Shown: piece after piece, positions 39,313-49,700 of the stretch
Layout of the letters: each line of letters starts with the position of its first letter
Numbering within the stretch: the stretch's first letter is position 1
DNA from: a virus
DNA length: 64,000 nt
Virus record (IMG/VR): IMGVR_UViG_3300042691_037929
Span: 5,899 to 69,898 of that record
Direction: 5' to 3' (one strand)
The notes under the pieces: model-generated
Seen by the model: the letters and a program-made list of their open reading frames with translations, nothing else
Told to the model about the DNA's origin: nothing
Databases searched by the model: none
Position numbers and translations under genes: made by a program

Positions 39313-42300
39313 ATGGATACTAGAGGACTTAGTGGAGAAGCATTAAAAAGAGCTCAAGCTTATAATGTTGCCATGGAAAAAGCTGAAAAAGCTTTAGAGA
39401 GACAGCAGGGTTTGGCCGATAAGTTGTCTGGTACTGTATTTGGAATTTCTGGCTCTGAATGGTTTAGAAGTTTGACTGCTGGAGAAATGAATGCAAGAAT
39501 GCAAGAGTTGACCAAAGAACAAGAAAAACTACAGGAAAGAGTTGAACAAACAAGTAATGTATTAAATGATAATTTTTCAGAAATTGCTAAAGGTTTAAAA
39601 TTCTCTAAAACTAACGTTTCTGAAATACAAGAAAAACTTGGAATAAGTAGCGAAAGCGCAAAGTTGATTGCAGACTCATTTGATGATACTGGAAAATTTG
39701 TTGGAAACATGGCTTCAATAATGGCAAAGATGGGTCCAGAAGCAGATAAGTTAGTTAAAAATTTAGAAAAAAATAAAGATATAAGTAAGGATTTTTTAAA
39801 AAACTTTAAAGATTCTAAAAATGAACTGGAAGTTTTAGGTGTAGATGCTGAAGAACTTGAAAGTCAAATGAGAAATGTAAATGAAAGAGTTTTTGATTTA
39901 AAGAAAGGATTTCAAGCTGTAGGTCAAACAATACAAAAAAGTCTTCTTACTGGATTGTTAGATTTTGACAAACAAATAAAGGCAGCACAGATAAGTACTG
40001 GTATTAATTTTACAGAGAATACTACTCAAATGGCCATGTTAACTTCTGAAACCGCAAAAGTTGGTCTTGGGGTACAAGAAACAACTGAGTTAATGGGTGC
40101 ATTAGGAAGTGAATTGCGTACAACAAATTTTGATGTATTATCTAAAGGCGCACAAGATTTGGCTGCTATGCAAAAAGCTACAGGATTAGCAGCAGCTGAT
40201 ACTGCAAAATTAGCGAAAGAATTTGCTATGTTTGGTAGAAGTACTGAAGATACTGCTAAGTTTGCAGAAGAAACAATGAGACAAGCTTCTCTTTATGGTG
40301 TTAATGGTAAAGAGATTATGGAGGACATGGCAAAAAACATGTCAAAAATGCGTCAAATGGGATTCACTGGTGGAGAACAATCTTTAAGAAAAATGGCTCT
40401 TGAAGCCAAAAGGTTGGGTATGAATGTTGATGAAATATTCGATACAGCCAAAAAAGCCAGAAGTATAGAGGGCGCAATGGAAATGGCTGCTGAATTACAA
40501 TTGGCTGGAGGTTCTTTTGCCGCAATTGACCCTATGCAATTACTTTCTGCAGCAAGAAAAGGTCCAGAAGAACTTCAGCAAATATTAGGTAAGATGGGTT
40601 CAGATATAGGGTCATGGAATGAAAAGACAGGAGAGTTTCAGTTTGACCCAGTTGATGTTGACCGTTTACAAATGGTTGCAGATACTACTGGACAATCTTT
40701 AGATAGTTTGCAAAACATGATTGCAAAAAATGCTGAAGATGTTAAAAAGGCAGATTTGTTTGGAGGGATTGGCGCAAGTATAGACGGATTATCAGATGAA
40801 GAAAAAGCATTCATTATGAATGCAACTAAAATTGGCAAAGATGGAAAACTTGAATTATCATCTGAACTGGAAGGTATAGACGATTTGAGTCAAGTGAACC
40901 AAGACACAATAAAGGCAGCAATGGAAGCTGAAGCTAAAAAGAAAGAAAGTCTTGAACAGCAAGCTCAACAAAATATGGGCCTTACGGAATCCTTTGAAGC
41001 TTTAAAGAATTCATTCATAAATGCTTTTGCAGTCTTTCAGCCAGTATTAGAATGGTTAGGAGATGCTGTTCAGGCCCTTAACAATTCTATGGGTGGATTT
41101 GGTAAAATATTAACTGTTGGTATATTTGCTTTAGGTGGAGCTATGTTTAGTGCTGCCAAGTGGTTCATGCAAGGTATTGCTTTATCTAAAGGATTTACTG
41201 CAGGAGTTCAAGGCGGAGGATTTTTCTCAAAAATAAAAGGAGCTGCTGGAGCTTTGTTTAGTAAAGGTGGAGGTGCAGGAACAGAAGCTTTAACTCAAAC
41301 TGCTGCAGATGGAGGAAAAGCTGGTGGGGCTTCGGCTGGAGCTGGAGTTGGTTTGAAAGGATTGGCTCAAGGGTTAAAGTCTATGGGTGATGCAAAAGTT
41401 TTTAAAGGAATACTTGCAATGGCCTTGTTAGGTCCTGCCTTAATTGTATTCTTGCCAGCTATACCAGGACTTATTGCTATAACACTTTTAGGCGCAGCAG
41501 CACCTCTTTTGATTGCAGGATTTCAAGCGTTGGCACAAGGTTTTGGTATGTTAGGTAAACAATTTAGTCAAATTATGAAAGGCTCTCTTGCTATGGCTGT
41601 TATGGGAATCGCTTTAATCCCGTTTGCATTTGCGGCACAAATGATGTCAGAAGTTGATTGGTTAAACGTACTAGCTGGAGTTGGTATAATGGCCTTAGTT
41701 GTATTAGGACTAATAGGCTTAGGTATGTTATTAACTGTTGCATTACCTTTTTTATTAATTGGAGCAGGAGGTCTTATAATAGCAGCTGGTTCTATGTTAA
41801 TAGCAGGATTAATGTTAGGTTTAGCAGGAGACCAATTAACTAAGCTAATAGAACCTTTACAGGCCATATCAAATATGGATTGGAGTGGTTTATTTGTGTT
41901 TTCTGGAGCTATTGCTATGTTTGGTATAGCTTTATTAGCCTCTTCTATTGGACTTGTAGTTGGAGCTGCAGCATTGTATTTGGCAGTCCCTATGTTATCT
42001 GCAATAGTGCAACCATTTTTAGCTATAGCACAACAAGACTGGAGTGGATTAGCAACATTTGCAACGTCATTATTTGCTCTTGGACCAGCAATGTTAGCAT
42101 TTGCTTTGTCTGGATTAATGATGTTTAATCCTGCAATGCTTTTAGGTATGACAATGATGTTAGGTTCAATAACAGTTTTAACTAGTTTAATGTCAACATT
42201 AGGACCAAACCTTCAAATGGGAGCTGATGGAATTGAAAGAATGGCAGAAGGAGTTGTGAAACTTGAAGAAGCTGTAAGTAAATTGAATATGGAAAAATTA

Positions 42301-42483
42301 GAACAGCTTAAAAATATAATGGCTGAAGGTGGTAAAGGAATGGGTGAATTTATAGCAGCAATTAATCAAGGAGGCGGCGGAAAAGGCGGCGGAGGCGGAG
42401 AAACAAGACATGTAGTAGAACTTCAATTAAATGGTAGAAAACTTCAAGAAATTATAATTAAAGACAATAAACATACTACTTAA
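39313..42483 (+). CDS. Tape measure protein
   Basis: 1056 aa, A/G/L/M-rich, coiled-coil N-half and hydrophobic helical repeats; lies between chaperone and baseplate genes. Confidence 0.88.
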   Translation: MDTRGLSGEALKRAQAYNVAMEKAEKALERQQGLADKLSGTVFGISGSEWFRSLTAGEMNARMQELTKEQEKLQERVEQTSNVLNDNFSEIAKGLKFSKTNVSEIQEKLGISSESAKLIADSFDDTGKFVGNMASIMAKMGPEADKLVKNLEKNKDISKDFLKNFKDSKNELEVLGVDAEELESQMRNVNERVFDLKKGFQAVGQTIQKSLLTGLLDFDKQIKAAQISTGINFTENTTQMAMLTSETAKVGLGVQETTELMGALGSELRTTNFDVLSKGAQDLAAMQKATGLAAADTAKLAKEFAMFGRSTEDTAKFAEETMRQASLYGVNGKEIMEDMAKNMSKMRQMGFTGGEQSLRKMALEAKRLGMNVDEIFDTAKKARSIEGAMEMAAELQLAGGSFAAIDPMQLLSAARKGPEELQQILGKMGSDIGSWNEKTGEFQFDPVDVDRLQMVADTTGQSLDSLQNMIAKNAEDVKKADLFGGIGASIDGLSDEEKAFIMNATKIGKDGKLELSSELEGIDDLSQVNQDTIKAAMEAEAKKKESLEQQAQQNMGLTESFEALKNSFINAFAVFQPVLEWLGDAVQALNNSMGGFGKILTVGIFALGGAMFSAAKWFMQGIALSKGFTAGVQGGGFFSKIKGAAGALFSKGGGAGTEALTQTAADGGKAGGASAGAGVGLKGLAQGLKSMGDAKVFKGILAMALLGPALIVFLPAIPGLIAITLLGAAAPLLIAGFQALAQGFGMLGKQFSQIMKGSLAMAVMGIALIPFAFAAQMMSEVDWLNVLAGVGIMALVVLGLIGLGMLLTVALPFLLIGAGGLIIAAGSMLIAGLMLGLAGDQLTKLIEPLQAISNMDWSGLFVFSGAIAMFGIALLASSIGLVVGAAALYLAVPMLSAIVQPFLAIAQQDWSGLATFATSLFALGPAMLAFALSGLMMFNPAMLLGMTMMLGSITVLTSLMSTLGPNLQMGADGIERMAEGVVKLEEAVSKLNMEKLEQLKNIMAEGGKGMGEFIAAINQGGGGKGGGGGETRHVVELQLNGRKLQEIIIKDNKHTT

Positions 42484-42525
42484 TTATTATTTACAAATAT
42501 TTATTAAAACAATATTATCTTATAT

Positions 42526-45500
42526 ATGGAAGCTCCTTACGATGAAACATTTGAAGAATTTGAAAGAAGAACAGGTCTTGACAATTTCTTTGGCAATTAT
42601 TCAACAGAAATAAGGGGTAAATTATTGACAAAAAATTTAGAAAAGCCAACAGATGTTTATGATGTTCTTTATCCTAGAACAAGACAAGATTTGATGGCTA
42701 AAAATGTTCCAATTAAAACAGATTTAGATAAAGCTTCTCAAGAAATAAGGGATTCTCTTTTAGCAAAATTTATTGATAATCAAATAAGTTTAGAAGAATC
42801 TGGTAATGTTACTAGAAATCAGTTATTAGCAAAAAATAAACTAGTTTCTTCTGCTGTAAGTTTAGAAGATTTAGGTGAGGAATCAAGAAAAAAAGCTATC
42901 TCTAGAAATATAGCAATTCAACAAAGCTTAGATTTAATATCAGACGTAGCTAGAAAACAAAATTTATCAAACAATACTTCTAAAGATAATGATTTATTAG
43001 ATTTTTCAAAAGAAGATAGAAATTCTGCTTTAGCAAAAAATATAGTTAAAGATAATGACCCATTTAATAAAGCCAGAAGTGTAAATGACGACATTTATTT
43101 ACGAGATAATTTAGCTAAAAATAAAAGTAAAAATATTAATTTAGAAGATTATTCTAATGTTTTCAGAAGTGAAAATGAGTCAAAAAATTTAAGCTCAGAT
43201 AGTGACTTGATTTTAGATTCAGAATCACAAAGAAATGGATTGATTCACAAAAATGAACCAAAAAATTCAGATTTAGAATTAGATTCTAAAAAATATAGAT
43301 TACAAAGTCAAACAAAAAATGAAACAAATCCAAAAGATATAGACGACTTTGCACAATCAGCAAGAGAAGAAAATGTTAAAAAAAATATAGAAAAAGATTC
43401 TGATTTAGACTTGTCTTCAAATCAGTTTAGAGGAGATAATTTAAATAAAAATAATTCTAATTTACAAAATCTAGATGAATTAAGTGTTGAATCTAGAAAT
43501 TATAATTTAATTAAAAATGATGGCAAAGTTAATGATTTAGAAGAATTAGCTAAAAATTATAGAAATGAATCTTTAAGTAAAAATAATTCTAACTTAAACA
43601 GCTTAGAATCAGATTCTTCAATATACAGAGCTGATGCATTGTCCAAAAATAAAAACACACAAGAAATTTTGGATGATAAATCTGATTCTTATAGAGAAAA
43701 CAGTTTATCTAAAAATATTAAAACAGTTACTAATTTAGATGAAATTTCTTCTGATTTTAGACAAGATGATTTAAAGAATAATAGTCCTAAAAATACAGAT
43801 TTAGAAAATTTATCAACTCCTTTTAGAGAAGATGATTTGTCTAATAACAATCCTATAATAACTGATTTAGAAAGTATATCTGGTGTCTTTAGACAAGATG
43901 ACCTATCTTTTAATACTCCTATATTTTCTAATTTAGAGACTGATTCACAACCGTATTTAAGTAATAATTTATCTAATAATCAACCGAACACTTCTGATTT
44001 AGAAAGTGACTCACAATCTTTTTTAAGTAACAATTTATCTAGTAACATTGATATTGATTCTGATTTACAGTTTGATTCTGTTCAAATAAGAAATAATAAT
44101 CTTTCAAGTAATGTTCCTACAAATTCTGATTTAGAAACAGATTCTATTCCAATAAGAAACAATAATCTATCAAATAATGAAGATATAAATTCTGATTTAG
44201 CAATTGATAGCTTACCTTATTTAGGAACAAATATAAATGCTAATGTTCCAAATTATACAAATTTGGAGGTTGATAGTTTGCCTTATTTAGGCATAAATAT
44301 AAATGCTAATGTTTCAAATCCTTTTGATTTGGGAGCAGAATCAATATTATTTAGAAATAATAACTTAAATTCTAATGTTTTAAATTCAACAGATTTGTTC
44401 GATTTATCTCAAGGAGAAAGAAATGAACAAATATCTTACAACGTTTCAAATAGTAGTGATTTAGGTAATCTATCTAATATATTTAGAAATGAACAATTAT
44501 CAAAGAATGAAAGTAGGTTTACTTTAGGTGCAAATGTTATTTTGGCTGGAACTAGTACATTTATAGGAGTGTCCAACTTAGAAATACAAGGTGCAGTATT
44601 TAGAGAGGCAAATAAGATTTTAAATAGAGATAAAGACGGCTTAGAATCTGTATTTGATGACCAAGAATCTATTAATTTCTTTAATGAAATAGCAGCTAAT
44701 GCAACTATACCTGGTGGTTTTGACTTATTAATGGCTAGAAACTCTCCAAATAGTCTTCCTACAATAGAAGGAATTGGAAATATAGTTGATGTTTATGGTG
44801 TAAGGTTAAGTGATAATACTATTGGAACAGACGATGGTTTAAAAGAATTTTCAAGTCCAAGTAGCGTTGGTTATATAACAAATTTAATATCATTACATAA
44901 CATACAACAAAACACATTCCAGTCTAGACCTGGTTTAACTTTTGAGCCAGGAGCTCAAAATGCAATAGAAGATTTACGTTCTTTTGGTTCTCCTTCTTTT
45001 CAGGAATTAATAAGTAAAACTGGAATACAAAAAAGATTACAGAGAAGAACTAATAGCACTCCAGAAAACGTAATTGATTCAAACAATGGTACTTATTTAT
45101 CTGATTCTGCAGAAAAGATAATTAGAACAATACAGCCAGACGAAGAGTTGGGAACTGGAGTTTCTATGGCCTCTCAAACAGACACATCAGATTCTATTGG
45201 TATAGATTTTGAAAAGAACGGTAAAAGAAGTAGAGGAGTTAGACACGTAATAGATACAATAAAAGAAGATAAAAGAATATCTTTTGCACAGAACTTTAAC
45301 GTTCAAGGCGAAAAAGATTCTTCTAGTGTTTTTATAATAGGAAAAGATAGTGATGGTAAATATAAAAAATCCTATAATAGATTTAGCATAAAAAATCCAT
45401 ATGCACCAGAAGGTGCTCAGCATTTAAAGTTTACTCTTACTAACTATTCAATGAAAGGTGCCAGTAGAGTAATGGCTTTTCCTGCTTATATAAAGAGTTT

Positions 45501-46407
45501 TCAAAATAGTGATAGTGCTTCTTGGAATTCAACTACTTTTCTTGGAAGACCAGAACCTATTTATACTTATGGAAACTCAAGTAGAGAAGGCTCTGTTTCA
45601 TTTTATGTTTTGACAGATTTTGCATCAACTGTAGACATTGGATATTCTTTCAATCCAGATACAGGTGAAGTTTTAAAAATGCCAGAAGATTTTACTGGAG
45701 TTAGTTTTGCTCAAAGAAAAGCAGTTTCTTCAGATAAATCAAAAGATTTAAGTGCTGAAATTAAAGCTGTAGAAGACAGACTTCAATCAGAAGATTTAAC
45801 AGAAGAAGAAACTTTAGCTGTTAGACAGGAACTTGATAAGTTAAGACAACAATCTGAAAATTCAAAAAAATCTACTTTAAGTAACTTGCAAAATGAATAT
45901 TATGAAGAAAATGATTCTCAAGGAGTTAATGTTTATAAGATTTCAGAAGGATATCAAGAAAATGTTATAGAAGAAGGTTATTACGAATCAAAAGCTGAAG
46001 ATACAGCAAAAAAATTGGCAGAAATGAAAAGTAGATTGTTGTTTCAGCCAAGTTATTTTTCTGGAAGTAAGGCAGATTTTCTTCAAAGGATGGAGTTTAT
46101 AGCAAAATTAACAAGACCAGCAAGAAATAGTGTGTCAGAAAAAATTGGTTCTGGATTTTCTTTTTCAAAAGCACCAGTTTGTCATTTACATCTTGGTGAT
46201 TGGTTTAATCATGATATTATAATTAATTCAGTATCTTATGATTACTCTGACTCTCCTTGGACTTTAGACGGCGGTAAACAACAACCTATGTGGTGTAATG
46301 TTACAATTAGCTTTAATATAATAGGAAGCTTTGGTGCATTAGGTGGAGAGGATGCTCCATTATCTACTGACAGAGGAGGATTCTTTAGCTGGAGAACCAG
46401 TAAATAA
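42526..46407 (+). CDS. Baseplate/tube-initiator protein with long 22-aa repeat arm
   Basis: About 28 repeats of DLxxxSxxxRxxxLxKN/NN; C-terminal FPAYIKSF..S.SASW....LGRPEPIYTY...SR domain. Confidence 0.7.
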   Translation: MEAPYDETFEEFERRTGLDNFFGNYSTEIRGKLLTKNLEKPTDVYDVLYPRTRQDLMAKNVPIKTDLDKASQEIRDSLLAKFIDNQISLEESGNVTRNQLLAKNKLVSSAVSLEDLGEESRKKAISRNIAIQQSLDLISDVARKQNLSNNTSKDNDLLDFSKEDRNSALAKNIVKDNDPFNKARSVNDDIYLRDNLAKNKSKNINLEDYSNVFRSENESKNLSSDSDLILDSESQRNGLIHKNEPKNSDLELDSKKYRLQSQTKNETNPKDIDDFAQSAREENVKKNIEKDSDLDLSSNQFRGDNLNKNNSNLQNLDELSVESRNYNLIKNDGKVNDLEELAKNYRNESLSKNNSNLNSLESDSSIYRADALSKNKNTQEILDDKSDSYRENSLSKNIKTVTNLDEISSDFRQDDLKNNSPKNTDLENLSTPFREDDLSNNNPIITDLESISGVFRQDDLSFNTPIFSNLETDSQPYLSNNLSNNQPNTSDLESDSQSFLSNNLSSNIDIDSDLQFDSVQIRNNNLSSNVPTNSDLETDSIPIRNNNLSNNEDINSDLAIDSLPYLGTNINANVPNYTNLEVDSLPYLGININANVSNPFDLGAESILFRNNNLNSNVLNSTDLFDLSQGERNEQISYNVSNSSDLGNLSNIFRNEQLSKNESRFTLGANVILAGTSTFIGVSNLEIQGAVFREANKILNRDKDGLESVFDDQESINFFNEIAANATIPGGFDLLMARNSPNSLPTIEGIGNIVDVYGVRLSDNTIGTDDGLKEFSSPSSVGYITNLISLHNIQQNTFQSRPGLTFEPGAQNAIEDLRSFGSPSFQELISKTGIQKRLQRRTNSTPENVIDSNNGTYLSDSAEKIIRTIQPDEELGTGVSMASQTDTSDSIGIDFEKNGKRSRGVRHVIDTIKEDKRISFAQNFNVQGEKDSSSVFIIGKDSDGKYKKSYNRFSIKNPYAPEGAQHLKFTLTNYSMKGASRVMAFPAYIKSFQNSDSASWNSTTFLGRPEPIYTYGNSSREGSVSFYVLTDFASTVDIGYSFNPDTGEVLKMPEDFTGVSFAQRKAVSSDKSKDLSAEIKAVEDRLQSEDLTEEETLAVRQELDKLRQQSENSKKSTLSNLQNEYYEENDSQGVNVYKISEGYQENVIEEGYYESKAEDTAKKLAEMKSRLLFQPSYFSGSKADFLQRMEFIAKLTRPARNSVSEKIGSGFSFSKAPVCHLHLGDWFNHDIIINSVSYDYSDSPWTLDGGKQQPMWCNVTISFNIIGSFGALGGEDAPLSTDRGGFFSWRTSK
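42590..44510 (+). repeat. Degenerate 66-bp (22-aa) tandem coding repeat
   Basis: For example NLDEISSDFRQDDLKNN/DLENLSTPFREDDLSNN/DLESISGVFRQDDLSFN at exact 22-residue spacing; boundaries approximate. Confidence 0.85.
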
Positions 46408-46478
46408 AATGTTTACTTTTATTCTTTTTAATTTATATTAAATAAAAAATACCCATTAATATTTATTAATAAAAAGTT

Positions 46479-46790
46479 ATGGGAACAGATAGATATAAAT
46501 ATTTAAGAAACTCTAATAATTCTGGAATAAAAATTATGCCATATATAAAAATAGACAAAAGGTCAACTGATGTTTATAGGCTTTATAATTCAGAAAAAAC
46601 AAGATTAGATAGAATATCTTACGAAGTTTATGAAGATGACACTTATGGATGGTTGATTTTATTAGCCAATCCAGAATATGCAATGGAGTTTGATATACCT
46701 AGAAATACGGTTTTGAGAATACCATTTCCACTAAGAGAGGTTATAACAGAATTCGAAGGCAAATTAATAAAAAACAGAGACATAAAGTAA
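46479..46790 (+). CDS. Baseplate wedge LysM-like protein (gp53/tail X-like)
   Basis: RLDRISYEVY....GWLILLANP...LRIP. Confidence 0.8.
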   Translation: MGTDRYKYLRNSNNSGIKIMPYIKIDKRSTDVYRLYNSEKTRLDRISYEVYEDDTYGWLILLANPEYAMEFDIPRNTVLRIPFPLREVITEFEGKLIKNRDIK

Positions 46791-46793
46791 ATC

Positions 46794-49700
46794 ATGCCAA
46801 TAATACCAAATAATATTTCAGAATTACAGTTTAATGAAAGAGATTTATATCTTGACGTTAGACTTACAACTATACCGCTAGGGGCAAATGTTAACGTTGA
46901 CAGAAATACTGGTGCAATAACTAATTTAGCAAACTTTGGAGATTTTACTGGTAAACCTACTTTTGTAGCAAGATTCTTTAGAGAGTCTACTGGATTTGGA
47001 ATTACAAACATAAAAGTAGAAACAAACGCATCTTTACAGCCAATAATAGATATAGAATTTAAAGACTTATATGGTAAGACAGTTTTTGGTGAATTAGACA
47101 ATTCTGATACTGGAGGAGTTGATTATTCCGCTCTTTTCCAATGGCCACCTCCAAAATTTGTTTTTACATTTAAAGGTTATTTAGGAGCTCCAGTTACTTG
47201 GTTATTAAATATGAAAACTACATCAACTCAGTATAATTCTGATGATGGAAGTTATACAATAAAAGCATCTTTCGTCCCAAATCAATGGGGATTTTTTTCT
47301 GATATACCTTTTTTATATTTATATGCAGCAAAAAAATTAAGAGCTGATAGTTCTGGCATTAAAAAAGAAGATAATCCAACTGCTTTTCAGAAAGCTACTG
47401 AAAGTATAATAGATTTAATGTATACTGGTAAAAAGGTTCAAAAAAAGACTCAAAAAGTAACAAAAGAGTACGATGGCATAAAGGATAAGTTGGAACTTTT
47501 AAAGTCTGACCCAATAACTGGTTTAATTAATGGAACTTTTTCTTTTGAAGAGCCAGACAATAAAATAACTAGCGAAGTGCCAGGTAGAGGACCGCTGGCT
47601 GACTTTAAGGATATCACAATAAAAAAGCCAATATCTAATAAAAAATCTGTATACGATATTCCAGATGATTATATTTCTGGTTTTAAAAATTTAAATGCTA
47701 ATCAAAGGCGTGATGAAAATTTAAAAATAAAAGCAGCAGCTTTTGGTGGAGTTAATGTATCCAATTTAAATTTTGGAGAAGATTTAGGTTCATCTAGGGT
47801 AGCAATAGAAAGTGCTGCAAAAAAACTAACTTCCAGAATTAAAGAAAATATTGATGTTATAGACAATGCTATTAAAGCTGGTATATATCAAGAAAATAAG
47901 ACAGAACTTGAAAAATTAACTATTTCTGAAGTTTTTTCTAGAATTGCTAGAGATGCAGCATTTATAATGGGTTATATACTTGATGCTGGAGAGCAAGGGT
48001 ATTTAAATAATATAGACGAAAGAGAAGATGCTCTTAAAAAAAATACAATAGGAAGATACTATCCTATGAAGTTTGAGCCTACAAATTCTAATTCTGAAAA
48101 TGGAGATTTAAGTAAACAAGTTCCAGTTGACGGTTTAGGGGTTGATGATTTTGAGAAAAAATTCGTAAGAGAATTTATAACCGCAATAAGTTCAGGTATT
48201 GCTGAAAATAAGGCTTTACAGGCACAAGTTGGTGAAGATTCAAAAAATATTAAACACAGAATTAATAATTTAGAAGTAATATCAGAGAATCCTTTTGCTG
48301 AGATATTAGATTGGAAAGTTATAGCTTCAATAATAATGAAACGTGCTTCTATAGTTGGATTTTTAACTGGGAGTTATGACCCAAATCTTCCAGGTAATAT
48401 GGAAGATGACGGAGAAACAACTACAGTATTAATAGATAATTATAAAAAAATTGATGCAGAAGATATCAGAAAAATGGCTGATAATGATTTGCAAAATATA
48501 GATGATGCAGTTTTAAATAATTTAGATAAACAAGATTTAGAAGAATTAAAAAAGTTTTGTATTTTTTGGTCTTCAGTTATACAAGACCCAGATGGTTTTT
48601 ATCATATATTAAATGATGATTCAGAAGAAGAGTTTCTTACACAAGTTTATTGGGAAGGCTCTAAAGGCGGTTCTATACCAAGTAATAATATAGCAAAAAA
48701 AGTAGTTGTGATAACTCCAGGAATACCAAGCTTGGCACAGGGTACAGCTAAAAGTATAATTGAAACAATTAGAGGTATTTGGGATAAGGACAAAAGGGTA
48801 TTTGATATGTCAAAAAATGATATAATATTAAATGCGTTTAAAAAAGGTGGTTTATATAATTCGGCAAAAAACACAATAAATTACAATAGTTCTATTGGGT
48901 CAGAATTAAAAAGAGCAGGCTTTGAAGCTTATACTATTGAACAATATTTAGAAAAATTCATTGGCCCAAATTATTTTTTCTATGGTAGAAGTAGAAGTCA
49001 GGCTTTAGATGGTGAAGAAGCTATAAAGCCAAGCTTAAGTGCAAGTTACAGTTTCTGGAGTACTGATGCATATTATTCTAATTATAATGGAATAACTTTT
49101 ATGCATATAGCACACAATTTACAAGCAAGTTTAAATTCTTCCTTAAATCAGTCTATTCTTGACCAAACAAGAACTGATGTAAGTATGGATAATTTATCTG
49201 AATATGTAATATTTAATGAAGCAAAAGATGTTGAAGCCATAGGAGAATCAATAAGTCCAGCTTCAGCACAAACTGATACTGCAACAAATGATGATGAAGC
49301 AACACAAAGTCAATCAGAAGAAGTGGACGAAGAAATAGCTGGTATACATATACTTTCATCAGGTGATGTAAAGGAAGACCCAGAAGACCCAGCTTCTGCC
49401 GACAAAACAAATGAACATCTTAAATTTCTAAATGAAAAAGTAATAAAAAGTAAAAGAGCTATAAATTATAGTTGGGTAAAAAGTCAAACAGGATTTCCAG
49501 GAAGAACAAGAGGGATAAATACAAATTTATCTCAAGTACAAGATGCTGGCGGTAAAAATGTTTTAAATGTTTTTCCTGAATTTTTAGATTTTTCAGGTGC
49601 ATTATTTACTGAAAGTTTAGGACCAGGAGTAGATGGAGAATATGCAAATCCAGATATTAATGTTAACAATCAACCTATAGCTTTTAGTGCATATGGTCAA

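Noticed and set aside
42590-44510. Periodic sequence as CRISPR array
   Set aside because: It is a degenerate in-frame protein repeat with no identical direct repeats and unique spacers.
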